Shown: in pieces, positions 40,401-52,300 of the stretch
Layout: the number at the start of each line of letters is the position of its first letter
Position numbering within the stretch: position 1 is the stretch's first letter
DNA from: Cenococcum geophilum
Taxonomy: Eukaryota
Length of the DNA: 64,000 nt
Direction: 5' to 3'
NCBI GenBank assembly: GCA_050273025.1
Contig: CP158635.1
Span: forward strand, 16,740,001-16,804,000
The notes under the pieces: model-generated
Told to the model about the DNA's origin: nothing
The model's database searches: none
Seen by the model: the letters and a program-made list of their open reading frames with translations, nothing else
Translations under genes and position numbers: made by a program

Positions 40401-43400
40401 GTTATAACATTTAGATTAGCATAATAAAGGTTTAAACTTAAGGATGAAGATAAGCTAAAAGTTAACCTAAAGCACCTAGTATACTATACGTTATTATAGA
40501 TTACGTGCATAGACGATATATATAAAATGCATAAAAATCCGAAGGAAAAGAATTGGAAATACCCTATAAGGATATACTAGATGATAGATAAGCAATAGTA
40601 TAGAAATGCTAAATATATACATAGATAGCATCTAGCAGAAGTCTAAGAGAAAGGAGATTTAATACTTTAACTAGGAAGATTCCTTACGGAAGAATGCTTA
40701 GACGGATAATAGTAGTGGGAATGCCTAAAGAATACGTATCTATAGTATATTAAAGATAAAAAGTAAACTAGGTATTAGCTAAAAAGTAAGCTAAGTGTAT
40801 AGGGATTAAGTAGCCAATAGTTAGGAAAAGTAGAGGCCTATAGGACTAGAGGGAGCCAGTAATAGAGCCTTAGACCCTTAAAGGAATTTAAGGATAACAC
40901 CTAAATTTATAAGTTAAATAGTAAGATTAGCAGTTTAAAGCGCTAATAAATAGTGGAGTAACGCGACACTATATCTTACTAGTAGTAGTTAAGAGAATGG
41001 GATTACCTTATAGATAGAAGGAGTAATTTTACCTATTAGTTATAATTTTAGGAGATCTAATAGCCTATAGGGGAGGGATTATTAATCTTAAAATAGGACC
41101 TATTTAGATAACCATTAAAGGGAGATAAATTAAGATGTCTTTTAATATCCTACTATTAGGATAGAATAAGGCAGTATTAGGAATACCTTAGTTATAGGAA
41201 TATAACCTAAGGATTAATTAGATTATAGGTTAGGTTAATATTAGAGATACTTAACGCTATAAGATGTAATAATAAGCTAAGTTAGTATAGTATTAAGTTA
41301 GAGCGATATATAAAGAGACTAAGCGAGGCTTAAGTTATATACTAAAGAGATACTATAAGTATGGTAAAAAACTATAGTTACTAAAAAGTAAGAAGCTGTT
41401 AAATTATATAGTATAGGACTATAAGATAGAGTTAGAACCGGGAATTTGTCTAAAGTTCCTTCTAATCTATAAGCTTACTAAGGAAGAAGGTAGAGTATTA
41501 AAAGAGTTTATCTAAGAAAACCTACGAAAAGGATATATTAGACTATTATAGTTATTAGCGGGTTATCCAGTACTGTTTATACTAAAGAAAAATAGTAAAC
41601 TAAGGCTGTGCATTAACTATAAATAGTTAAATAGCATTACTAGGAAGGATAGGTATCCTTTACCCTTAATTAGCGAAATTTAAAATAGGATAGGTAACGC
41701 GTAGATCTTTACGAAGATAGATTTAAGATAGGTGTACTACTAGATGAGGATTAAGGAAGGCGATAAATAGAAGGCAGCCTTTAGGTTAAAGGAAGAACTA
41801 TATAAACTATTAGTTATACAATTCGGGCTTATAAACGCACTAGTAATGTTCTAAAAGCGTATTAATAATATATTAGGAGAATACTTAGATAAATTTATTA
41901 TAGTATACCTTAACGACATTATTATCTACTTAATAACTAAGGAAGAATACAAGGAATATATTAAATAGGTCTTAAAGAGACTATAAGAAGAATAGATGCT
42001 AGTAGTAATTAAAAAATATAAGTTCTTTACTAGGAAGACCAATTTTGTTAGATTTATTATTAAACTAGGCTAACTTAGTATAGATCTAAAGAAGATTAAG
42101 GCTATAGTAAATTAGTAAAAACTAGAGAACGTTATATAGTTAAGATTATTTCTAGGGTTTTGTAATTACTACAGGAGGTTTATAGCATAGTGGTTAAAGG
42201 ATATTAAACTATTTACGCGATTAACAAAAAAAGAAGAACTATAGGTATAGGGTAAGAAACAGTAAGAGCTCTTTAGAAAAGTTAAAGAGTTATTTACCTA
42301 GGAGCCAGTTCTTAAGATCTATTAACTAGGACTAGAGACGGTTATAAAAATAGATATATTAGACTATATACTAGGGGCGTACTTTATATAAAGATATTAA
42401 GATAGATGGCACCTAGTAGTATACTATAGTTAAAAGATAATACTACTAGAGTTAAACTATAACATCTATAATAAGGAGTTATTAAATATAGTTATAGTAT
42501 TAAAGAAATAAAGAGCATTCTTATAAGGTATAAAGAAACTATTTATAGTTAAGATAGATTATAAGAATCTAATAAGATTCCTAATAACGAAGGAACTTAA
42601 TTAAAGATAGGTTAGATGGATAGAGATGCTTACAGAATACTATTTTAAGATTTAGTATACTAAGGGCACAGATAATATACGGGTAGATGCTTTAAGCCGT
42701 AAAGCTAAACTATAAAACGAAGAAAAGCTATTAGGGGCTTTACTACAAAAGGATATAGACGGATTAATTAGGTACAATCACCTAAAGATTATAGTAACTT
42801 AGGAAAATAGTAAACTAGAAAGGATTTATAAGTTACTAGAAAGCTTTTAGAAGTAGAGAATTTTAAAGGCATAACTAGAAGATCTATAGACGGATATATA
42901 CGAAAACTAAAAAGCAAAGTATATCCTAAAAAGCATAGCAGAGCAATTTATAGAGGAATTCTATAAGGGATTAACTTAAGGATATAACGGAGCTCTAGGC
43001 TTAGTATTAAGACTCTAGGAGGAGTATATTATTAACGGAATCTAAAGGATAGCTAGGAAGGTTATAAAGGAATGCCTAGATTACTAAAGAAATAAACTAA
43101 TAAGGCATAAGCTATATAGAGGGCTATAACCTATTAAAACACTAAAGAGACTATAGGAGGTTATATTATGGGACTTTATTATTAAGTTACTAAAGTTAAG
43201 AGATTCTATTACCAAACAAAATTATAATATAATCTTAGTAATAGTAGATAAGCTTATAAAGTGGGAATACTTTATAGCATATATAGAAGAAATATTAGCG
43301 GAAGATATTGCTAGAATCTATATTAAAGAAGTATTCGCAAGATATAGAGTACTAAGTAAAATTATATTAGATAGGGATCTAAGATTTATAGCAGCATTCT

Positions 43401-45355
43401 AGAAAGTGTTTTTAGCAGAGTAAGGAGTTTAAGCAGTAACTTCTACTATATATTATCCGCAGACAGATGGCTAAATAGAAAGATTAAATTAGATATTAAA
43501 GCAGTATCTAAGGCATTATATTAATTATGCACAAAATAATTAGGTATTGTTATTACCAGTTATATAGTTCGCGTATAATATAACGTCGCAAGAAGAAATA
43601 GGTATATTACTATTTAAGGCAAATTACGGATATAAGCTAAAAACATTGTTATTACTATAATAGGCGAAGAAAATAAGTAGTATAGCTAAAGAAAGAATAA
43701 AGACGTTGATAAATCTTTATATAGACCTTATGGAATTAGTAAAGAAAGTATAAAAGAGAATAAAAAGATACTATAATGCTAAGAGATTTAAGGGACTAGA
43801 TCTTAAGGAGGGAGATAAAGTATAGCTACTACATAAAAATTTTAAGAGTTGATAACTAAGTAAGAAGTTAGACTATATTAGACTAAGACCTTTTAAAATT
43901 ACGTAGAGGATTTTACCAGTTACGTTTAAGTTAAACCTACTAGCTAAAATAAAGATCTACTCTATATAGTATATTGTAATGCTAGAGCCAGTATATAGGA
44001 ATATTAAACTACTAGTATACGAGGTAGACATGTATAGAGGATAAGAAGAAGATAAACAGTAAATTTTAAAGATTATTAGTTATAAGGACGTTAACGATAA
44101 AATATAGTATAAGGTTAAGTAGATAAGCTACACTAAGACTACCTAGGAGCTACTAGAAAATTTAAAGAACGCTATAAGGAAGGTATAGGAGCATTGGAAG
44201 AAATTAGGTTAGGTAGTATTAATAAAGAAGGATTACTAAAGAATAAGTCGCCTAAGGGGGACCTAAGAAGAGTAGTTGCTGAGCTACTCAGATCTATTTC
44301 CTTCCCTATTAGAAGAGAATCCGTTTTTTTATTGCTAAGTTCCTATAAACCTTATTTTATAAGTTTCTACTTCTTAAAACAAACCTTCTTATAAACCTTT
44401 TTAAGACAAAGTAAATGAGTAAACGCCGCGATCTAAGCATTTAGGGCCTTCTGTTCCGTATTATAAGAACGTTTTAGCTTAGTAAGGGCTTAAGACAGTT
44501 TACTATCTAGCTATATAATAGTAGATTAAATATAAGACCCTAAGATAAATTAATTAAGAAACTAGACGACTATTAAGAGTAATAGGTCGCGTATATTTAG
44601 CATTAGAGGTAGAGCGAACGTTATAGGATGAACAAATATTTGCTTTAGTGTACTCTGAGCAAGAGGACGGTTGCCGCGAAGATAGGTTTGCTAACGTAAT
44701 ATAGACTAACCCCTCTTTTAAATAATAAGAATACGGAGATAATATAATCTCACTAAGAGATAATATTATAGTAATAGTGCGAGCACAACGTTGGGCGTGT
44801 AAAGAAGAAATTACTTTAGGTATAATAAGTAATAATATTAACCAAATTAATTAAACGGATATTATACCTCTAGTAAACAACTTAAAGATATTTTAAATCT
44901 TTAAGGACAAAGATAAAGAGGAGGGAGATAGTGTTACGGACGCTTTAAGTATAATATTATAACTACTTAGAGAAGAGTTAGAAGAAGCTAGTTAGTTAAT
45001 TTAAATACGGTCTAGGATAGAGCCAATAGAACTATGTAATAAGGAATAGTAACTAAGGTTATATAATATACTATATGTTAAATAAGAGGAATAAAAGAAA
45101 CTTACGTACCTTATATATAAGACGTATATTATATATAAGAAGGATTTTATAGGAGTACGGTTGTGTATTTAAGAACCCTTAGTCCCTACCTAGATAGTTC
45201 CTTCCTTATAGTAATTCTTAGAATATAATTGGAGTTAATCTGTTAGGCAACCACTCCACTAGTTATTATTACGTTATTAACTTTAACTTATATTACCTAT
45301 ATACCTAGCCTAATAACAGGACCCACTGTAGTTCTTGCTATAAGATTCCGTTACA
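37414..45355 (+). mobile_element. Full-length family-A Gypsy copy 3 (7942 bp) inserted in the RT/RNase H linker of copy 2
   Basis: 424-bp LTRs at 37414-37837 and 44932-45355; TSD ATAGG at 37409-37413 and 45356-45360. Confidence 0.97.
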
Positions 45356-46897
45356 ATAGGTATAGGGAGAGAAATAAAGAGAACTATTTAAAAAAAGTTA
45401 AAGAGTTATTTACCTAGGAGCCAGTTCTAAAGATCTATTAACTAGGTCTAGAGACGGTTATAAAGATAGATATATTAAACTATATACTAGGGGCGTGCTT
45501 TATATAGAAATATTAAAATAGATGGCACCTAGTAGCATACTATAGTTAAAAGATAATACTACTAGAGTTAAACTATAACATCTATAATAAGGAGTTATTA
45601 GGTATAGTTACAGCACTAAAGAAATAGAGAGTATTCTTATAAGGTATAGAGAAACTATTTATAGTTAAAATAGATTATAAGAACCTAATAGGATTCCTAA
45701 TAATAAAGGAACTTAACTAAAAACAGGTTAAATGGGCGGAAATACTTATAAAATACTATTTTAAGATTTAGTATACTAAGGGTATAGATAATATAAGGGT
45801 AGACGCTCTAAGTTAAAAAGCTAAACTATAAAATAATAAAAAGCTATTAGGGGCTTTACTACAAAAAGATATAGACGGATTAATTAGGTATAATTATCCG
45901 AAAATTATAGTAACTTAAGAGGAATTAAATAAGATTTATAAGTTACTAAAAAGCTTTTAGGCGTAAAGGATTTTAGAAGTATAACTAGAAAATCTATAAA
46001 CGGATATATATAAAAATTGAGAAGTAATATATATTCTAAGAAGTATAGCAAAGCAATTTATAGAAGATTTCTATAAGGGATTAACTTAAGGATATAATAG
46101 AGCCATAGGCTTAGTGTTAAGACTCTAGGAGGAGTATATTATTAACGGAATCTAGGGCTTAGCGCGAAAAGTTATAAAAGAATGTTTAGATTGCTAAAGG
46201 AATAAACTAATAAGGTATAAGCTATATAGAGGGCTATAACCTATTAAAATACTAGAGAGGCTATAGGAGGTTATATTATAGGACTTTATTATTAAGTTAC
46301 TAAAGTTAAGAGATCCTATTACCAGATAAGATTATAACGCGATCTTAGTAATAGTAGATAAGCTTATAAAATAGGAATACTTTATAGCATATATAGAAGA
46401 AATATTAGCAGAAGATATCGCTAGAATCTATATTAAAGAAGTGTTTATAAAATATAGAGTACTAAGTAAAATTATATTAGATAGAGATCTAAGATTTATA
46501 GCAGTATTCTAGGAGGTATTCTTAGCGGAGTAAGGAGTTAGGGCAGTAACTTTTACCGTATATTATCCGCAAATAGACGGTTAAATAGAAAGACTAAATT
46601 AGATACTAGAACAGTATTTAAAACATTATATTAATTATATACAGAATAATTAGGTATCGCTATTACTAGTTATATAGTTTATATATAATGCAATACCTTA
46701 AAAAGGAATAGGTATATTACTATTTAAGGCGAATTACGGATATAAGCTAAGAATATTATTATTACTACAATAAGCGAAGAAGATAAGTAGCATAGCTAAA
46801 GAAAGAATAAAGATGTTAATAAATCTTTATATAGACCTTATAGAATTAATAAAGAAAGTATAAGAGAGAATAAAAAAGTACTATAATATTAAGAGAT

Positions 46898-46983
46898 GCC
46901 CGCGAAGCCCTACTGCACGCGTCCACGTCGCCGCGGGTGGAAACATTATCTGGAATCCTATTCCTCTTGATGGCCAAGTGTAG
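46898..46983 (+). ncRNA. HDV-like self-cleaving ribozyme (predicted)
   Basis: P1 GCCCGCG/CGCGGGT with a G1.U wobble; P2 CTGCAC/GTGTAG; P3 GCG/CGC with L3 TCCACGT; P1.1 CC/GG; P4 CATTA..GGAAT-cct-ATTCC..TGATG; J4/2 GCCAA. G1 is the first base after the TSD. Confidence 0.88.
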
Positions 46984-49360
46984 AGGCGATGGTAGAGAGC
47001 CGTCGCAGCGCGTGCAGCGCTGTTGTTCGACTCTGTGGTGATGAGCCCGCAACGCGTGCAAAGTATCGCCCTTAATAATACTAGGAGCCTTACTACCTCC
47101 GCTTAAAGCTCCTATTCTACCATCTAGGGAGGCCCATTAAGGGAAACTGGGATACGAAAACCGCCCGATATACGACTACCTGGCTCGCAGCTAGGCCCGA
47201 AACTGGCCTTATCCAGCTAGTTAACGTGGACGCGTCCTAGGCGTATAACAGGACACCCTTGGGCTTACACTAGCTCTGAGATTGTAAAGTGTGCGTGATG
47301 AGGGCGTAGGGATCCTCTTTTTATAAGAACTTGTTAAGGTTAACGCGTCGCAGATACTTCGTACAAAACTTGTTAAGGCCCTAAGCCACCACAAAGAACT
47401 TGTTAAGGCCCTACCTAGAGAACTCGTTAAGGCCCCTCTACGAGGGTCTATCTAGTATCTGGTTACACCTAGGTAACTTAGAAGAGGGTCTTAATAGGCG
47501 TGGTGCGCGCGACCTGGTACAGCGACAGCGACGCGACGGCGACGTAATGGTAACGCGACGGCGACCAGACGGCTTAACGAGGTGGAAATATAGGTAAAGC
47601 TCTAGGCAGCGGAAACATAGGCCAGCTTCGACGGCCCTATGGCGTACGACTTAGTTAACTCATAGTTGACTTATAGTTGACTCGCAGGCGACTTATAGGA
47701 GGGTCTTAATAGGCGTGGTGCACGCAACCTAATGCGTATATATATAAGGCGACTTATAGGAGGGTCTTAATAGGCGTGGTGTACGCGACCTGATGTATAT
47801 ATATGGGGGAGGCTATAGGGGAAACACAGGCCAGTCGGATGAGGACTTGATAGTTAGAGACACAGGCATAGCTTATAAAAAGAGGGGACACAAGCTTGGT
47901 TAGTAGGAGGGGGGGGAGTAGGTCGCCTAGTGCGGGACCTGGCGTCTCTACAGCCCCCCTCCTATAAGACACGGTCGGCCTATTATAAGGAGACTCCTAT
48001 AGGCAACGCGAAACGGGAACTGGTAGTAGTATAGGGTGTTGCGCCTCTATACTTCTACTAGCCTCCCGCGGGGCGTAGTGCGTAGTAGCTACTACTAGCT
48101 CTAGGGACCTTACCCCTTAGCTAGGCTCTAACCCCTAGTGCACCTAGTAGATAGGTAGGATTATACCCTAGCCGGAGAGACTACTATATAGCTCGAGAGA
48201 ATGGATGCGCGTATTAGTATATTAATAGACGGAACCGTTCGCCTCTAGGGCGGTATGCTAGTGAGATACGCTTAAGGAGTAAATAGGAGTTACTTAGGCA
48301 GGGGAGGCTTTTTTGGTCTAGGCCTTAACTATAGAAGGTACCTAAGGCTTCTATATTATAGGATATAGCTATAACACCTTTATAGGATTACGCCAATAGG
48401 CACGTAAGACGGGAGTTGCGACCCCTGGAAAAGGCAGCTTATGCCTATACCGGCGGAAATAATAAAAAAGGTGTAAAACTAGAGGCTATAGAAGGCTTCT
48501 AAGCTATGCAAAAGCATACTAACTTTGGGAGGAGACTCTTATATAGACTGCGGGGGGGTAGACTAGTACTTGGGCTAACCTATTATAAGATATCCAAAAG
48601 AACTGGTGAAACCCCCCGTTAAGGTAGTGGCAGCTAACTGCTTATGGAAAGCCCCTAGGCCTTTAGGCCTAGGTTTGGGATAAATACTAGAAAACTAGGG
48701 TAGAGGCCTAGATAAGTAGGCATGTTAAACTCTACTATATAACCACCTGTTTTAACTACTAAATACTACCTAGCAGCTTGGATTGCGACCTACGGTTTTC
48801 CCTATCTCCTTTTGACGGAGTGGTGACCCTTAGAGAGGGCCTAGCTGGGGCCTAGGCACAAAAGATACCTAAATAACACAATATCCCGCTCGCTTATTAG
48901 TATTACGGTGGTTAGAACGGATAAATCCCCCTTACGCCTTTAATAGCTCTAGAGGGGGGAAGGTAAGGCGTATATGGCAGTGGTCTACATAAGAGATAGT
49001 ATATAGGGGATGGGTAAGATATGGGATATAAAGAGACAATAAGACACAGTAATTGATTAGTAAGGCCTAGCTGGGACGTAGTAAACCCTAGCTTTGACAA
49101 GCTAGAGAAGGAAGCAGTGGTTCCTAAGGAGTTTAAAACATCTAAGGAGGAGGACGTGCAGTAGGCCCGTAGGGCCGCTGCTACGTGTAAACATGGCAAA
49201 TCGGGGTTTTTCATCCTACTGAGGCTGCTTATAGGGTTTTTCCTCCCCCAACTGCAGGGTTTTCTTTATGTAAATTACAAGTTTTCCCCCCTGTGACGGA
49301 GTAGTCTGCGTGGGCTAAGATAGGATCCGTATCAGACGTTAATTAAAGAACTACTACTAC
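46898..49360 (+). mobile_element. Non-LTR retroelement, probably non-autonomous, with 5' ribozyme and (ACT)n tail (2463 bp)
   Basis: 14-bp TSD TAATATTAAGAGAT at 46884-46897 and 49361-49374. ACTACTACTAC tail at 49350-49360. 3' motifs shared with the LINE at 2098-3264. GC-richer than its surroundings. Confidence 0.9.
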
Positions 49361-52300
49361 TAATATTAAGAGATCTAAGGGACTAGATCTTAAGGAGGGA
49401 GATAAAGTGTAGCTACTATATAAAATTTTCAAAAGTTAATAACTAAGTAAGAAATTAAACTATATTAGACTAGAACCTTTTAAAATTAAGTAGAAAATTT
49501 TACTAGTTATATTTAAGTTAAACCTACTAGTTAAAATAAAGATCTACCCTATATAGTACATTGCTATACTAAAGCTAGTATATAGGAATATTAAGCTACT
49601 AGTATATAAAGCAGATATATATAGAGGATAGAAAGAAGATAAATAGTAAGTTTTAAAGATTGTTAGCTATAAGGACATTAATAATAAAATATAGTATAAA
49701 GTTAAGTAAATAGGCTACACTAAGACTACCTAGAAGCTACTAAAGAATTTAAAGAATGCTAGGGGAAAGGTATAGGAGTATCGGAAGAAATTAGGTTAGG
49801 CAGCATTAATAAAAAAGGATCGCTAAAAAATAAGTTACCTAAGGGGGACCTAAGAAGACCAGTTGCCGAGCTATTTAGATCTATTTCCTTCTCTATTAAA
49901 AAGAAATCCGTTTTTTTATTATTAAGTTCCTATAAACCCTATTTTATAAGCTTCTACTCCTTAAAATAAACCTTCTTACGCACTTTCTTAAGACGGATTA
50001 GTTAAGTGGACGCCGCTAAACGAGACTTAAGGGCCCGTTGCTAAGCATTAGCAGCCTCCCGTTTAGCGTCCCGAGAACGGCGTAATTTAGTAAAAGTAAT
50101 AGACAGTTTATTATCTAGCCGTATAGCAGTAGATTAAATATAAGACCCTAAGATAAATTAATTAGGGAACTAGACGACTATTAAAAGTAATAGGTTATAT
50201 ATATTTAGTATTAGAGATAAAGCGAATATTATAGGACGAATAAATATTCGCTTTAGTGCACTTTAAATAAAAGGACGGTTATTACAAAGATAGGTTCGCC
50301 AATATAATATAAACTAACCCCTTTTTTAAATAGTAAGAATATAGAGATAGTATAATCTCACTAAGAGATAATATTGCAGTAATAGTACGAACGCGACAAG
50401 CAGTTAAAGAAGAAGAAATTGCTTTAGGTATAATAAGTAATAATATTAACCAAATTAATTAAACGGACATTATACCTCTAGTAAATAACTTAGAGATATT
50501 AGGAATCTTTAAGGATAAAGATAAAGAGGAAGGAGATAGTATTACGGACGCTTTAAGTACAATATTACGACTACTTAGAGAAGAGTTAGAAGAAGCTAGT
50601 TAGTTAATCTAAGTATGGTCTAAAATAGAGCCGATAGAACTATATAATAAGGAATGGTAACTAAGGTTATATAATATAATCTATATAATCTATATAATCT
50701 ATAAAATCCAGAATAGAGTAGATAGAGTATACGTATATTACGTATAAGAAGGATTTTATAGGAGTACGGTTATATATTTAAGGACCCTTAATCCCTACCT
50801 AGATAGTTCCTTCCTTATAGTAATTCTTAGAATATAATTAGAGTTAATCTATTAGGCAACCACTCCACCAGTTATTATTACGTTGTTAACTTTAATTTAC
50901 ATTACCTACACACCTAGCCTAATAACGAGCCTATTATAGTTCCTACTACAAGGTTCCGTTATATAGGTCCCTTCTAAGTTAAGGAATAAATTAGTAAGCT
51001 AGCCTACCGTCTCTAGCTACCCCTATCTATAGCCTATATATATTTAGTATTTTATATAAACCTACTAGAGCTATGGTATAAACTACTACCGGAAAAGAAC
51101 TTCCGTCTAGGCCTAATTAAATACCTTAAGGTAGTGGGCGAGTAGTATAAGGTTAAAGCTATACTACGCTATAAGTCTGTTAAGAATAAGCTTTAATTTA
51201 AAGTTAAATAGCTAGGCTAGCCTGCTAAGAACTCTATATAGGAACTAAAGGATTACCTTAATTATTATAAAGATATTCTAAAAAAATATTAGGACTAAGG
51301 TCCATAATCTATAAGTTGTAAAAAGCGCTCTAATACTATAGTGTTATTGCGACCTATAAAGAAAGCTCGCGAAAAGAGTAAATAGGTTAAATCGGATATA
51401 GAATAGATAGGCTCCGGAAACTATAGGGATAGGGCTACGGCCTAAGGTAGGACGGGTCCTTAGCCTTTTTATATATATAGCATAGAGTTAATAGGGTATT
51501 TTGCTAGAATTGTATTCTTATTTATTAATCTATACTAGGAATATTGTTTTTAGGGCTTCTAAGCCCTTTTTAAAAGCCTTATGAGGCCTTTCTAAGCACC
51601 TAATTAAGGTCCTCGATTGCTATTATGTATAAGAATGAATCCTAAAAGTCTAAACCACAAATGCCTAATCTAGGAAGCCACTATGCCTTATCCTTAGAAG
51701 TAGGATTAGTATCTATTGGCCCTCTAAGGGATGGCTAATAAGAATGAGAACTAGAACCCTTAGTAGGGGTATAGGTAGGCATGAAAATAGGGGTAGGATA
51801 ATAAGGTATAGCTAGAGCAGAGACTCTTAAATGCTTAACACTAATATTAGGTGTAAACCAATACTAATAAAGCTCTTAGGGAGTAAGCTTATAGTTAATA
51901 AAGACACGCTTAAGCCTAGAATGAATAGAGACGTTAGCTGGCTAGTATAGTCTAGAACTACCGAGACCTTACTATAGTAACTGTTAGTTACCTATTCGCT
52001 AGGTACCTAAAGGGTAACCTACCTAATACCGTATTATATTATGCTTTTTTGAAACTTAACGCGTATGCGTGAACTTCTTCCTATAGTAGACAGTAACCTT
52101 CTTCTTATTACCCCCATTATATACCCTATCCTTAGTATACTAACCTTACTCTTATATTAGGCATTACTAGCTAGCTTACTAGGAATTATAGGCAGTATAG
52201 ATAGCTATAGCATAGTCTTAAATTCGGCTAAGTTGTTTAGTATTTATGCTAGAATAAGAGAGAGCCCGGGCAATATAGTAGTTAAGGACATTAAAGGAAC

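Larger units (their letters stand above)
32313..50963 (+). mobile_element. Family-A Gypsy copy 2 inserted in D, itself carrying three insertions
   Basis: 424-bp LTRs at 32313-32736 and 50540-50963; TSD TAGGT at 32308-32312 and 50964-50968. ORF 32782-33039 (MPPKAA...) is its gag N-terminal remnant. Confidence 0.97.

Noticed and set aside
46846..47061. 71-aa minus-strand ORF with CxxC
   Set aside because: It is antisense to the ribozyme and crosses the TSD into the host integrase; no evidence it is a gene.
47030..47075. Possible hammerhead core (TGATGAG) or alternative P2 partner GTGCA downstream of the ribozyme
   Set aside because: No CUGAUGA/GAAA core with flanking helices; the proximal GTGTAG gives the canonical HDV J4/2 spacing.
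47400..49214. ORFs 47400-47597, 47754-47972 and 48912-49214 as products of the non-LTR element
   Set aside because: Short, on mixed strands and without recognisable domains; a de-RIPed consensus would be needed.
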